DNA of 42,681 bases, taken from positions 1-42,681 of the forward strand of contig MEQK01000052.1 in the NCBI GenBank assembly GCA_001770175.1, written 5' to 3'. Shown here in pieces: positions 26,170 to 35,423 of this stretch. Below the pieces are notes generated by a model. That model was not told the origin of the DNA. It worked only from the letters and a program-made list of their open reading frames with translations, and ran no database searches. Origin of the DNA: Bdellovibrionales bacterium RIFOXYD1_FULL_55_31 (GTDB lineage: Bacteria; Bdellovibrionota; UBA1018). The stretch's first letter is position 1. The number at the start of each line of letters is the position of its first letter. A program made the translations under genes and the position numbers.

Positions 26170-27585
26170 CTACCACAATTTTCGAAGAATGGCGTCGGGG
26201 TAGTAATGTTTCAGAATTGCCGCCGTCGCGTAGCCCCGGTCGCCCATGATCTTGGCTCCCCACTGGCACATTCCGACGCCGTGTCCGAAGCCCCGGCCGA
26301 CGATCCTGAACCCTTGCTCCCGACCGGCAACATGAAAGGCGGTGCTCTTGATTTTCGCGGCGCCGACCCAAGCGCGAAAACGAGCTCCCGACAATTTGAG
26401 CCCGACGGTTTTCTTGCCGTCCGACCAGATGCTCGCCATTTCCAGGACTCTCCCCTGAAAGTCGCGCCTCAGCACCTGAAGATCAAGCAGCGCACCTCGG
26501 CGGACGATCGCCAAACCGTTTTTCGGCCAGCCGGGAATCCGTCCGTCCGCTTTGGCGCCGATGCGGAAGACCCTGGCCAGCTCTGAAATCGAGAAATCGC
26601 TTTGCCAACGATATTGCGGCGAACTCACGCAAAACGGGCAGCGTACCGAGCGTTTAAAGCCAGGGTAAGCCCGGCCCCACACGTTTTCGGGAAGTTCTGT
26701 AATGCCTCCACACGTCGAATGATAAAATGCCTTGACGGGAACGGCTGCCTTTCCCGGAACCGTGAGCACCAGGCCCCGACTTTTGGCCACCGCCTTCGTT
26801 GCCCTGAAATCCTCCCGGATTGACCCGTCGTAGACCTGATCCCAGACGGTTGCGTCAAGGTCGAAATGAGAACGGCTTTCCGAACGCAAAGCTTGGATAG
26901 CCTCATTCTTTGAGATCACGCGAAGCGCTTCCCGCGGCGTACCGGCCGAATCGAGCCGTGCCTGTAAGATCTGATAATAAGCATAGGTGCGAGCCGCAAC
27001 GACTTGAGCGACAATCGCCTCTTCATTCCATCGCGATGAAAATTCGGCATTCACGAGTCCTTCGAGGTATTTCTCGATCTCAACGTGATTCACGATTTCG
27101 CAAAAAGACCCGGCGGAATAGATTCTGATTTCCTCGCGATAGGGGCGTCCGGCGTAATTCAAAAAACCCGTTGGGGTGGTGATTGAAACGGGCTCTTTCA
27201 GGTCGAGTGACTGAACGGAATCAAGCCGCGTGGCGCGAATTCTTCCGTCCTGGCATCGAAATTCCCACTCCGTCTGACGATTCATCACGGTAACAAGCTT
27301 CTTTCGATCACGCGCTTCACGACTCTCATCGTAGATATGAAGATCGAAACCACGAATCCGGACCCTTGAATCAGCTTCGTTCAGACGCACTCGAACGCGA
27401 ACGGGCGAAGGGGCCGCCGAATCAGAGGGACGCGATGACTTAAAAGGCGCACCGATGATGGAAGCCGGCGAAGCGGGCCGACTCGGAACGGCAAGCGCTG
27501 GATAGCCCAGGAATGCGATAACGAAAACGGTCGCGGGAGTTAGCCAACAAGGCTGGAGAATCCTTCTCCAAATAGATCGCTTCAT
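26170..27585 (-). CDS. SpoIID/LytB-domain protein (peptidoglycan lytic enzyme or amidase enhancer), exported
   Basis: 'AFYHSTCGGITELPENVWG' is the SpoIID signature (xYHSxCGG). Signal peptide 'MKRSIWRRILQPCWLTPATVFVIAFLGYPALA' from the ATG at 27585, with an alternative ATG at 27597. The maximal ORF extends to 27744. It lies 10 nt upstream of queA on the same strand. Confidence 0.78.
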   Translation of the reverse strand: MKRSIWRRILQPCWLTPATVFVIAFLGYPALAVPSRPASPASIIGAPFKSSRPSDSAAPSPVRVRVRLNEADSRVRIRGFDLHIYDESREARDRKKLVTVMNRQTEWEFRCQDGRIRATRLDSVQSLDLKEPVSITTPTGFLNYAGRPYREEIRIYSAGSFCEIVNHVEIEKYLEGLVNAEFSSRWNEEAIVAQVVAARTYAYYQILQARLDSAGTPREALRVISKNEAIQALRSESRSHFDLDATVWDQVYDGSIREDFRATKAVAKSRGLVLTVPGKAAVPVKAFYHSTCGGITELPENVWGRAYPGFKRSVRCPFCVSSPQYRWQSDFSISELARVFRIGAKADGRIPGWPKNGLAIVRRGALLDLQVLRRDFQGRVLEMASIWSDGKKTVGLKLSGARFRAWVGAAKIKSTAFHVAGREQGFRIVGRGFGHGVGMCQWGAKIMGDRGYATAAILKHYYPDAILRKLW

Positions 27586-27742
27586 GCGTCCTACCATTAT
27601 GACTAGGCAAAAACCTCCCGACAAGAGGTACGAAAAATTTTCCCGTTTAGAGGGTTTGGAATTCCACCGACACGTTTCTTGAAAGCAGGTCACAAACCTG
27701 CTGCGGCCACAACCACATTGAGGTCCGCGAACGGAGGCGATC

Positions 27743-27979
27743 ATGGAAGAGAAGACTCAACTGACCACGGACGAAACGCAAACGACTGTGGAAGAAGCCT
27801 TTTCTCACTTCTTCGGCACCGCAAAAGACGTCATCGCGAGATATTCGCATTGCGCTGTTTGCGGTGCCAACCTCCATTTCAGCCATGTCACGAACTTCGC
27901 GACGAACCTGACGCAGGAAACGGCAAGGTGCCCGGAATGTGGCTTTAAGGTTCATCAGGTCCTCCACCGTCTCCAATAA
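27743..27979 (+). CDS. Small Zn-ribbon protein (78 aa; CxxC…CxxC)
   Basis: The ATG has a GGAGG 6 nt upstream. 'HCAVCGANLHF…ARCPECGFKVH'. It is divergent from the SpoIID gene. Confidence 0.45.
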   Translation: MEEKTQLTTDETQTTVEEAFSHFFGTAKDVIARYSHCAVCGANLHFSHVTNFATNLTQETARCPECGFKVHQVLHRLQ

Positions 27980-28070
27980 GGGCTGGCCGCTACCGCCTGG
28001 CGCTTTAATGCGCCGCATCACGAGCGATCCTATTTACATTCCCGGCGTCCCTGCGTAAGTTACAGCCTCC

Positions 28071-28748
28071 GTGAAAACACCTATGGACTCCAAACGAGCT
28101 TGGACCGGATTTTTGCCGCGAAATGCGATCGTGATGTTTCGAAGGGACAAGGCCGTCGGCAGGCCAAGCGCCCCTCCTTCCATTTCAAGCCTCGAGGCTG
28201 AATTGAAGACCTGCTCCCATTGCAAACTCTGCGAAACCCGAAACTCCGTCGTTGAAGGCGAAGGGATGCCAAACGCCCGCCTGATGTTCATCGGTGAAGC
28301 TCCGGGGGAGCAGGAAGATTTGCAGGGACGGCCCTTTCTTGGCAAAGCGGGCCAACTGCTCGAGCGAATGATCGAGGCGATCGGTCTCAAACGTGAGGAC
28401 GTTTTCATCACAAACGTCGTGAAGTGCCGCCCTCCCGAAGACCGCACGCCGGAACCCGACGAAATCAAAGCGTGCAGTCCTTTTCTCTGTCGTCAGCTGG
28501 AACTGATTCGACCCGAAGTCATTGTCGCGCTCGGCAAATGCGCCGCCCAAACTCTCCTTCAAACCAAAGAAGGAATTTCGGAACTTCGCGGACGCTTCCA
28601 TGGTTATCGCGGAGCGAAGCTGATGCCGACCTTTCACCCCGCCGACCTCCTTCGGAACCCGGCGTCAAAAAGAGAAGCCTGGATGGATCTCCAACTCGTG
28701 GTGAAAGAGCTCGGGTTGAAAATAGTTACACAAAAAAGCGAATCGTGA
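28071..28748 (+). CDS. Uracil-DNA glycosylase, family 4 (4Fe-4S type)
   Basis: 'CSHCKLC' is the Fe-S Cys cluster. 'FIGEAPGEQEDLQGRPFLGKAGQLLERMIEAIGL' is UDG family-4 motif A. 'HPADLLRNP' is the C-terminal His motif. The N-terminus may start at the internal M (28134). Confidence 0.82.
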   Translation: MKTPMDSKRAWTGFLPRNAIVMFRRDKAVGRPSAPPSISSLEAELKTCSHCKLCETRNSVVEGEGMPNARLMFIGEAPGEQEDLQGRPFLGKAGQLLERMIEAIGLKREDVFITNVVKCRPPEDRTPEPDEIKACSPFLCRQLELIRPEVIVALGKCAAQTLLQTKEGISELRGRFHGYRGAKLMPTFHPADLLRNPASKREAWMDLQLVVKELGLKIVTQKSES

Positions 28749-28778
28749 TTTACTGGGCTCCACTTTAGGAGGTCGAAC

Positions 28779-29534
28779 ATGGAATTCTCCGGCGGTTTTC
28801 TTTTTCTATTGGCTCTGGTCATCGTTTTCCTCGGGATGAGCATCAAGGTCCTGAATGAATACGAACGTGGCGTCGTCTTCAGACTGGGCCGGATTATCGG
28901 TGCCAAAGGTCCCGGGCTGATTATCCTGATTCCGGTGATCGACCACATGCTCCGGGTTGACCTCCGAACCGTCACTCTCGATGTCCCTCCTCAAGACGTG
29001 ATCAGCCGAGATAACGTGACGATCAAAGTCAATGCTGTCGTCTACTTCAGAGTAGTGGACCCGAACCGCGCGGTCGTCGAGGTCGAGAATTATCTGTTCG
29101 CAACCTCGAAACTCGCGCAGACCACTCTCCGTTCGGTGCTCGGCCAGGTTGAGCTCGACGAACTCCTTGCTTCGCGTGAGTCCATTAATCATCGCCTCCA
29201 AACCATTTTGGACGCACAGACGGAACCATGGGGCGTGAAGGTCTCCAACGTCGAAGTCAAGCAGATCGACCTCCCGGTTGAAATGCAGCGGGCAATGGCT
29301 CGGCAAGCCGAAGCAGAGCGGGAACGACGGGCGAAGATTATCGCCGCCGAGGGTGAACTTCAGGCTTCGCAAAAGCTCGGAGAAGCCGCGGCCATCATGG
29401 CGGCCAATCCGATTTCACTTCAGCTGCGTTATTTGCAAACACTCCGGGAGATGTCGAATGAGCACACGACTCACACGGTCATTCCGCTTCCGATGGAGCT
29501 TTTGAAGCCCTTTTTGGGTGCTCTGATCAAGTAG
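28779..29534 (+). CDS. SPFH/band-7 (stomatin/prohibitin-like) membrane protein
   Basis: N-terminal TM segment '[16 protein letters not shown]'. The SPFH core has '[32 protein letters not shown]' and '[19 protein letters not shown]'. The C-terminal coiled-coil is '[19 protein letters not shown]'. Confidence 0.85.
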   Translation: MEFSGGFLFLLALVIVFLGMSIKVLNEYERGVVFRLGRIIGAKGPGLIILIPVIDHMLRVDLRTVTLDVPPQDVISRDNVTIKVNAVVYFRVVDPNRAVVEVENYLFATSKLAQTTLRSVLGQVELDELLASRESINHRLQTILDAQTEPWGVKVSNVEVKQIDLPVEMQRAMARQAEAERERRAKIIAAEGELQASQKLGEAAAIMAANPISLQLRYLQTLREMSNEHTTHTVIPLPMELLKPFLGALIK

Positions 29535-29543
29535 AAACCCGGC

Positions 29544-32345
29544 TTACGGCGCACCCTTGAAGATATTGGCGCTCGATGCACCGACAATGACGTCCACTCG
29601 TCCATCCCTATTGATATCGCCCACCGCGATTCCTTCCGGAAAGGCGGACGTAGCCACGTTCGTTGACGCGCCGAAGGTACCGTCGCCCACGCCGAGCAAG
29701 CGGCTCATCGTCCCGGCACCTCGGGCCGCGGTGAATATATCCAGTTTCCCGTCACCGTTAAAATCCGCGAGCTTCACCTGGTTTGGGGAGGTACTGACAA
29801 AGTAATCCGCACGGGCTCCCAGCGTGCCGTCACCAGCACCGAGGAATACTCCAACTTTGGCTGCGCCCGATTCTGAAACGACGACATCGAGCCGTCCATC
29901 GTTGTTGAGATCACCCAGAGCCAACCACATAGGCCATGCAAGGGTTGCGTAATCGACAGCAGCGGCGAAAGTGCCGTCGCCGTTTCCGATCAAAACACTG
30001 ATAGTATACGGCGCCTTGTTCGCGACAACGAGGTCAAGCTTCTGGTCACCATTCAGGTCTCCGGCAACCACGCCGTAGGGATTCGCCCCCACCACGATAT
30101 CCGTTCTCGCACCAAAGGTCCCATTACCCAATCCGAGGAAAATACCGACTTTCGCGGAATTATACTCGGTCGTGACAAGATCGAGAATTCCATCCCGGTT
30201 TAAATCGGCTGTGATCAAGGCAATCGGATAATCCAAGGTGGCGTAATCGGTACCAGCGCCAAAGACGCCGCTTCCATCGCCGAACCATACCCGGATATAC
30301 TGGCTAGCTGAACTCGCAGCGATGTCTGGTTTCGAATCACCGTTGAAATCGCCGACAACAACATCTGTTGGCGCCTGAATTGCCCAACTTCCAATACCCT
30401 GAAATGTCCCATCGCCCATGCCACGCATGATACGGACATCACCCGTAGAACTTCCAATAGCCATGGAGAGGTAATCCGGATTCGCACCATTAACAGCAAT
30501 CGGAGCCAAAGCAATTCTCGCGCTGGTGCCCGCGATATCGGCCCTCGCCGCAAAACTGGTACTGGCCAGCGTACTCGAGCTTTCATTAAAGTAGAGTCTC
30601 GCGTTTCCACTCGCTGCGGCGTCGGGGAGAACAGTCCCGAGTCGTGTCACCTGAATCCGATCGCGTCTACCGGCCGCCCCCACCCAAAAAGTGGTTTGAG
30701 CATAGCCGGAAGCATTCGTCGTCACTTTGGTTGACTGGGCCGTTCCTGAGCCTTGAACATTCAAAAAGGTCAAATCGACGCCACTCACGGCGTTACCGTA
30801 GATATCCACCGCCTGAACTTTGGGAGGAATCGCAAGAGCGGTATTCACCTGCGCCGTTTGCGCGTCTCCATCAATGAGAACAAGATGATCAGCCGCACCC
30901 GGATTGCCAGTAGCGGTGAATGTATAAGTCGCAAAGCCCGAGGTGGCAAGATCGGGGAGCGGTGTCACTGCCCGTTCCACTCGAACCGTGTTTGTCCCGG
31001 CCGTTGTTCCCAAGGTCAAAGTCGCGGAAGCGAGGCCATTGGCGTCAGTGTTGACAGATGCGGGCAAGACCGACCCATTCGAAAGGAGCCGGGTAAAGGT
31101 CAGAGGAACGCCACTCACCACGTTTCCGGCCAGATCGACGACTTTAACCTGAAAAGCGGTACTGAGCGAACTTCCGACAGAACCTGACTGAGCGTCACCA
31201 TCAATGATGACCAGGTGGTCAGCGGGGCCGACCGAAACCGTGAAGGCACGCGTCCCCTCCACAAGGGTTCCCGAATTGGCGGTAAAAGTGAGCGACTGAG
31301 CCGTATTTCCTTTGAAGAAGAAATCTTTCGAAGCAGCGCCCAAGGAAATCGTGACACTTCCTCCCGCTGCCTGCGTACAACCCGAATCCGTATAAAAAGC
31401 GCCGGCTCCATTTCCAGCCAACGTGACTGCCAGAGGCGCAGCGACGGGAGCCGAATTTCCGTTCGAATCCTGCGTAGCCACCGTGATCGCCGCTGAACAG
31501 ACGCCCGCGCTCGCGCTGTTTGCCCCGGAAAGGACGAGCCGAGCCGGACTACCGGCCGTGACAGTCACTGAAGTGTCGGGAAGATTACCGATTCCGGCGA
31601 AAGCTGTCCTGAATGTGTTCACTGTCCCAACGGACGAAGCCGTAAAGGTCGATTGGTAAACCCCAGGGCTGCCAGCCACGGCAGATATCACGCCGAAGTT
31701 ACCGGAACTCGTTCCGGTCGCAAGCATCGTAAGGCTCAGATTCGCGGCCTGATTACCGTCCAGGATCTGATTTCCAAAGGAATCCTTGAGCGTGATCGTC
31801 ACGGTTGCCGTTTCACCTGAAACAATGCTTGCCGACGAAATCGCGACCGTCGATTCGGCAAGGCTCACGGCTCCCGCTACGCCCGTTGCCGTGAACGCGA
31901 TGTAGGCCGGCGAACCCGCCAATGCTCTCGCGGAAGTGGCGACCAAGGCATTCACGCCGGCCAGGGTTCCAAGCGTCCATGAGGTGTTTGCAAATCCTTC
32001 ATCATCGGTCAATGTGGCGGCCGGGCTGACGCTGCCGCCACCACCCGCAACCGTAAATTGAATGAGCGCACCGGGAATAGGTTTATTTTTCTTGCTGAGC
32101 AGTTGAATCTTCGGTGCGATCGCGACGGCGTCTCCGACTACGGCGGTCTGTTGATCGCCAGCGACCAAAACAAGGTGGTCGGCTGCATCCTCGTCAGCGT
32201 TCTTGGGATCAGTCGTGACGAGTTCGTCCTCGACTGCGATGTCGATCACCCCTCCCGCGAGAGGATTACACCCGGTTACGACGCTCCCGATGACCAGAAG
32301 CAGCGCACATTGACCTAGCGACTGGAACCTAAGTTTTTTCATCAT
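29544..32345 (-). CDS. Large surface lipoprotein (933 aa): N-terminal lipobox, about six bacterial Ig-like (Big_1/invasin-type) domains, then a C-terminal FG-GAP/VCBS beta-propeller; putative adhesin
   Basis: Lipobox 'LLVIGSVVTGC'. Repeated Ig-like modules 'HLVLVAGDQQTAVVGDAVAIAPKIQLL…', 'HLVIIDGDAQSGSVGSSLSTAFQVKVVDLAGN…' and 'HLVLIDGDAQTAQVNTALAIPPKVQAVDIYGN…'. C-terminal FG-GAP repeats 'GDFNGDSKPDIAAS', 'ADLNRDGILDLVTT', 'GDLNGDQKLDLVVA', 'GDLNNDGRLDVVVS', 'ADFNGDGKLDIFTA', 'GDINRDGRVDVIVG'. Confidence 0.8.
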   Translation of the reverse strand: MMKKLRFQSLGQCALLLVIGSVVTGCNPLAGGVIDIAVEDELVTTDPKNADEDAADHLVLVAGDQQTAVVGDAVAIAPKIQLLSKKNKPIPGALIQFTVAGGGGSVSPAATLTDDEGFANTSWTLGTLAGVNALVATSARALAGSPAYIAFTATGVAGAVSLAESTVAISSASIVSGETATVTITLKDSFGNQILDGNQAANLSLTMLATGTSSGNFGVISAVAGSPGVYQSTFTASSVGTVNTFRTAFAGIGNLPDTSVTVTAGSPARLVLSGANSASAGVCSAAITVATQDSNGNSAPVAAPLAVTLAGNGAGAFYTDSGCTQAAGGSVTISLGAASKDFFFKGNTAQSLTFTANSGTLVEGTRAFTVSVGPADHLVIIDGDAQSGSVGSSLSTAFQVKVVDLAGNVVSGVPLTFTRLLSNGSVLPASVNTDANGLASATLTLGTTAGTNTVRVERAVTPLPDLATSGFATYTFTATGNPGAADHLVLIDGDAQTAQVNTALAIPPKVQAVDIYGNAVSGVDLTFLNVQGSGTAQSTKVTTNASGYAQTTFWVGAAGRRDRIQVTRLGTVLPDAAASGNARLYFNESSSTLASTSFAARADIAGTSARIALAPIAVNGANPDYLSMAIGSSTGDVRIMRGMGDGTFQGIGSWAIQAPTDVVVGDFNGDSKPDIAASSASQYIRVWFGDGSGVFGAGTDYATLDYPIALITADLNRDGILDLVTTEYNSAKVGIFLGLGNGTFGARTDIVVGANPYGVVAGDLNGDQKLDLVVANKAPYTISVLIGNGDGTFAAAVDYATLAWPMWLALGDLNNDGRLDVVVSESGAAKVGVFLGAGDGTLGARADYFVSTSPNQVKLADFNGDGKLDIFTAARGAGTMSRLLGVGDGTFGASTNVATSAFPEGIAVGDINRDGRVDVIVGASSANIFKGAP

Positions 32346-32470
32346 ACGTACAACCTCGCTTAGGAAAGAAACCTTTATAATGTTATGATACTCTAGTAAA
32401 TTACCTGAGTCAATTATTCAAATATTGCTATTGTCATAAGAAAACAAGAGCTTATGAGTGCCGCCATTTG
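32346..32470 (-). promoter_or_regulatory. AT-rich promoter region for the adhesin gene (minus strand)
   Basis: Markedly AT-rich compared with the rest of the window. The minus strand has TTGACT and TATAAA/TATCAT candidates. An RBS GAGGT lies about 8 nt upstream of ATGATG at 32345. Confidence 0.35.
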
Positions 32471-32504
32471 GAATGTCAGGGAAATATTTGCAGCAAGCGC
32501 TTGG

Positions 32505-34268
32505 CTATGTACCAGAATCCGTTTTCAAAGCGCGCTTACCCCGAAGCAGCCGATGATAGCTAATAGCAAACCGATGTGCTTCGTCACGAACATGCGTCAG
32601 AAGCTTATATGCATCCGTATGGGGGATGAGCGAAATCGGGTTCTTGCGATTGGGTATAAAAACCCGCTCAAGAGACGACTTAACCTCTTTGGCCTGAAAA
32701 TCCCTCTCCACTCGAGCCTTTGCGAGTCCGGCGAGACAGACCCCCTGAACCGAAAGCTCCTCGAGAATCGCTTCAGCCTGTGCGAGCTGCCCCTTGCCCC
32801 CGTCCACGAGAACGAGATCAGGCAGATCTTCATCACGATGTGAAAACCTCCGGCCCAGTACCTCTTTCATCATGGCAAAGTCATTTGCCCCTTCGACCGT
32901 GCGAATTTTATAACGGCGATAGAGACCCTTTTCCGGAGCACCGTTGACGAATACGACCCGAGAAGCAACCGCGTCCTGGCCCTGGATATTTGAAATATCA
33001 TAGCACTCGATCCGATACGGCAGTTTGACGAGGTGCAGTTTTTCCTGCACTTCTTCGAGCGCTCCCAATCCATGGCCAGCAGTACGCTTCATCGTCTGTT
33101 CAAGGGCATACGCGGCGTTCGCATAGGCAACATTCAGGAGCTGCTCCTGAATCTTCTCTTCCGGACCGGCTGCTCCCGGATCAAAAACCCGTACCGTAAC
33201 CCCAAGGGTTTGCTCCAGAAGCTCCCGATCGCGCGGAGGCAACGGCAGGAGAATCTCCTGCGCCGGAGGCTCCCCTTCCCGCTCTTCCCTGTTGATGTAA
33301 TATTGCGCGATAAATTCGTAGATGAGCTCGGAATCTGAAAGCGAAGGATCAACATTTTGCAAGTGATAGTGCTGAATGGAAATCAGGCGACCCCCGCGAA
33401 TCCGAAGCAGCGTACCGTGTGCCTCGCTCTCTTTCCGAGCGACATGAATCACGTCGCGATCGCGCTGCGAACCGGCCTCGACGGCCACCTGAGTCTCCGT
33501 CACAAGTTCAAGGTTCCTGAGCTGATCCCGGTACTCGGCCGCGGTCTCATACTCTTCACGACTTGCGGCATCCTCCATTCCTTTGCGAAGGGTTTGCTCC
33601 AACCGATCCGTCTTTCCCTCGAGAACCGCGATCGCCTGAGCAATCGACTCACGATAATGACGTTCGTCAAAACCCTGAATACAAGCTCCGGAACACTTCC
33701 CCATCTGGTAAAGAATGCAAGGCCGGCTGCGATGCCGAAAGGCATTGTCCGAACAGTCCCGAAGCCGGAAGGTTTCATTCAAGAGATACATGACTTGGCG
33801 CGCCGAAGCTGCGGACGGGAACGGCCCGAAATACTTGGCACCGTCACGGTAGACTCGCCTGGTCCACTCAATTCTCGGAAAGCGATCCGCCAATTGAATC
33901 TTAAGGTAAGGATACGCCTTATCGTCCTTCAGTCTGACGTTGAATTTCGGCTTATGCTTTTTGATCAGAGTACATTCAAGAATCAGGGCTTCGGCTTCGG
34001 TTTCGGTCAAAATGACGTCGAAATGGTGAATCCGATTCACCAGCATTTCCGTACGGGGGATCTCATGAGGTCCTGTTTGAAAGTAGCTTGCCAGGCGGTT
34101 AGGAAGAACTTTGGCTTTTCCCACGTAAAGAATAGCGCCCGTTTCGTCCTTCATCAGGTAGACTCCTGGGGAGACCTTGGTCGCTCGGGCCTGCTCAAGC
34201 AGGACCGCTCGGTTCGGGAGCGCCCCGCGATGAACGTGATCAGCCGGTTTAGATGCTTGATTTTCCAT
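32505..34268 (-). CDS. uvrC: Excinuclease ABC subunit C
   Basis: N-terminal GIY-YIG 'PGVYLMKDETGAILYVGKAKVLPNRLASY'. 'CIQGFDERHYRES' (UvrBC-interaction region). C-terminal RNase-H-like and HhH region 'LDEVQEKLHLVKLPYRIECYDISN', 'LVLVDGGKGQL'. Confidence 0.9.
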   Translation of the reverse strand: MENQASKPADHVHRGALPNRAVLLEQARATKVSPGVYLMKDETGAILYVGKAKVLPNRLASYFQTGPHEIPRTEMLVNRIHHFDVILTETEAEALILECTLIKKHKPKFNVRLKDDKAYPYLKIQLADRFPRIEWTRRVYRDGAKYFGPFPSAASARQVMYLLNETFRLRDCSDNAFRHRSRPCILYQMGKCSGACIQGFDERHYRESIAQAIAVLEGKTDRLEQTLRKGMEDAASREEYETAAEYRDQLRNLELVTETQVAVEAGSQRDRDVIHVARKESEAHGTLLRIRGGRLISIQHYHLQNVDPSLSDSELIYEFIAQYYINREEREGEPPAQEILLPLPPRDRELLEQTLGVTVRVFDPGAAGPEEKIQEQLLNVAYANAAYALEQTMKRTAGHGLGALEEVQEKLHLVKLPYRIECYDISNIQGQDAVASRVVFVNGAPEKGLYRRYKIRTVEGANDFAMMKEVLGRRFSHRDEDLPDLVLVDGGKGQLAQAEAILEELSVQGVCLAGLAKARVERDFQAKEVKSSLERVFIPNRKNPISLIPHTDAYKLLTHVRDEAHRFAISYHRLLRGKRALKTDSGT

Positions 34269-34306
34269 CCTATTCCACTATAACCACAACTAAGGAGAAT
34301 TTTTCC

Positions 34307-34753
34307 ATGGCTCGTCCAAAAAATACATCAACTGCCTCGACCGAAGTCGCTCAAGAAGCCTTGTCCTACTGCACCAGCTGCAAAATGGACCTGAACCACG
34401 TTATTGTGGCCATGAAAGGCGACCGCATTGCCAAAGTGCAGTGTCTGACCTGCAAAAAAGAGCACGTTTACCGGGCGCCGAAAGGTGTAACCACCCCGCC
34501 CGTCAAAAAGAGCAAGAAAAAAGAGGCAGAATCCCCGGCCACCTCGGTTGAAGCGGAATGGCAAAAGCTGATGACCGCTCATAAGGACACCCCCATCAAG
34601 GCGTACAGCATGAAAGGTCAATTCGGCCTCGGCGACCGCCTGAAACATCCGACTTTCGGCGAAGGCATAGTAGGAAAACTGATTTACCCCAACAAACTCG
34701 AGGTCATTTTTCAAACCGACATCAAGGTCCTGATTCACGGCGGTACTGCTTGA
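34307..34753 (+). CDS. Zn-ribbon protein (148 aa): N-terminal CxxC-x18-CxxC, Lys-rich linker, C-terminal globular segment
   Basis: The ATG at 34307 has TAAGGAG upstream. 'YCTSCKMDLNHVIVAMKGDRIAKVQCLTCKKEHVY' then 'PPVKKSKKKEAESPA'. Confidence 0.45.
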   Translation: MARPKNTSTASTEVAQEALSYCTSCKMDLNHVIVAMKGDRIAKVQCLTCKKEHVYRAPKGVTTPPVKKSKKKEAESPATSVEAEWQKLMTAHKDTPIKAYSMKGQFGLGDRLKHPTFGEGIVGKLIYPNKLEVIFQTDIKVLIHGGTA

Positions 34754-35418
34754 GTCTTCGGCCCTCTTGGAAAAGACGAATATCCCTAGCGGCCTTGGCC
34801 TTTTTTTTGGCGGCCGGCACGGCTGGTTGCTCGAGTTCCCCTAAAAGGACGACTCCTGAACTTTCAAAACTCGAGGGCAAGAAAATCGCCCTCGTCGATT
34901 TGGAAGGTGAACCAACCGCACGCAAGATCGTCGAAGTCGCCCTCGTCAATCAGCTTGTTCAGCGGGGGACTTTTTTTCTTGTTCCCAAGGAAGAAGTTGA
35001 AGCCGCGCGCGCTGAAGCTTCTCATGACCCAACCGATTGGAAGGGGCTAGCCAGGCGCGTAAACGCCGACTTCGCACTCAGGGCAAAGGTACTCACCTTT
35101 GAAGCGAAAACACGAGAGGGCTATTCAAGCGAGGAAGTCGAAGATTCGCAATTGGAAGCCGAACGCGGCGAAAAGGACAACAAACTTGTCCGATTATACA
35201 AAGTAAAAGCCATGACCGGGAATGTTCGGGTCCAACTCGAATTCAGCGGTGTCGGAAAAGACATCGATCCCGATCCACGCACCGGCGTCGCGGAAGAAAG
35301 CCATGAAGTCACAGCCGAGGCGCGAACAGGCGCCGCCCATCTTCCCCCGAAACTGCGCTTTCTCGAAAATCTCGCAAACGACGCTTTCCGTAAGTTCTTT
35401 GATCAGTATAATGATTAG
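34750..35418 (+). CDS. Lipoprotein of unknown function
   Basis: TTG start overlapping the previous stop. Lipobox 'FFLAAGTAGCSS'. The remainder is acidic/basic mixed with no motif. Confidence 0.45.
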   Translation: MSLRPSWKRRISLAALAFFLAAGTAGCSSSPKRTTPELSKLEGKKIALVDLEGEPTARKIVEVALVNQLVQRGTFFLVPKEEVEAARAEASHDPTDWKGLARRVNADFALRAKVLTFEAKTREGYSSEEVEDSQLEAERGEKDNKLVRLYKVKAMTGNVRVQLEFSGVGKDIDPDPRTGVAEESHEVTAEARTGAAHLPPKLRFLENLANDAFRKFFDQYND

Positions 35419-35423
35419 TATTC

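Noticed and set aside
27999-28014. Hairpin GGCGC-tttaat-GCGCC after the small Zn-ribbon gene
   Set aside because: It has only a 5-bp stem and no downstream U-tract, which is insufficient for an intrinsic terminator call.
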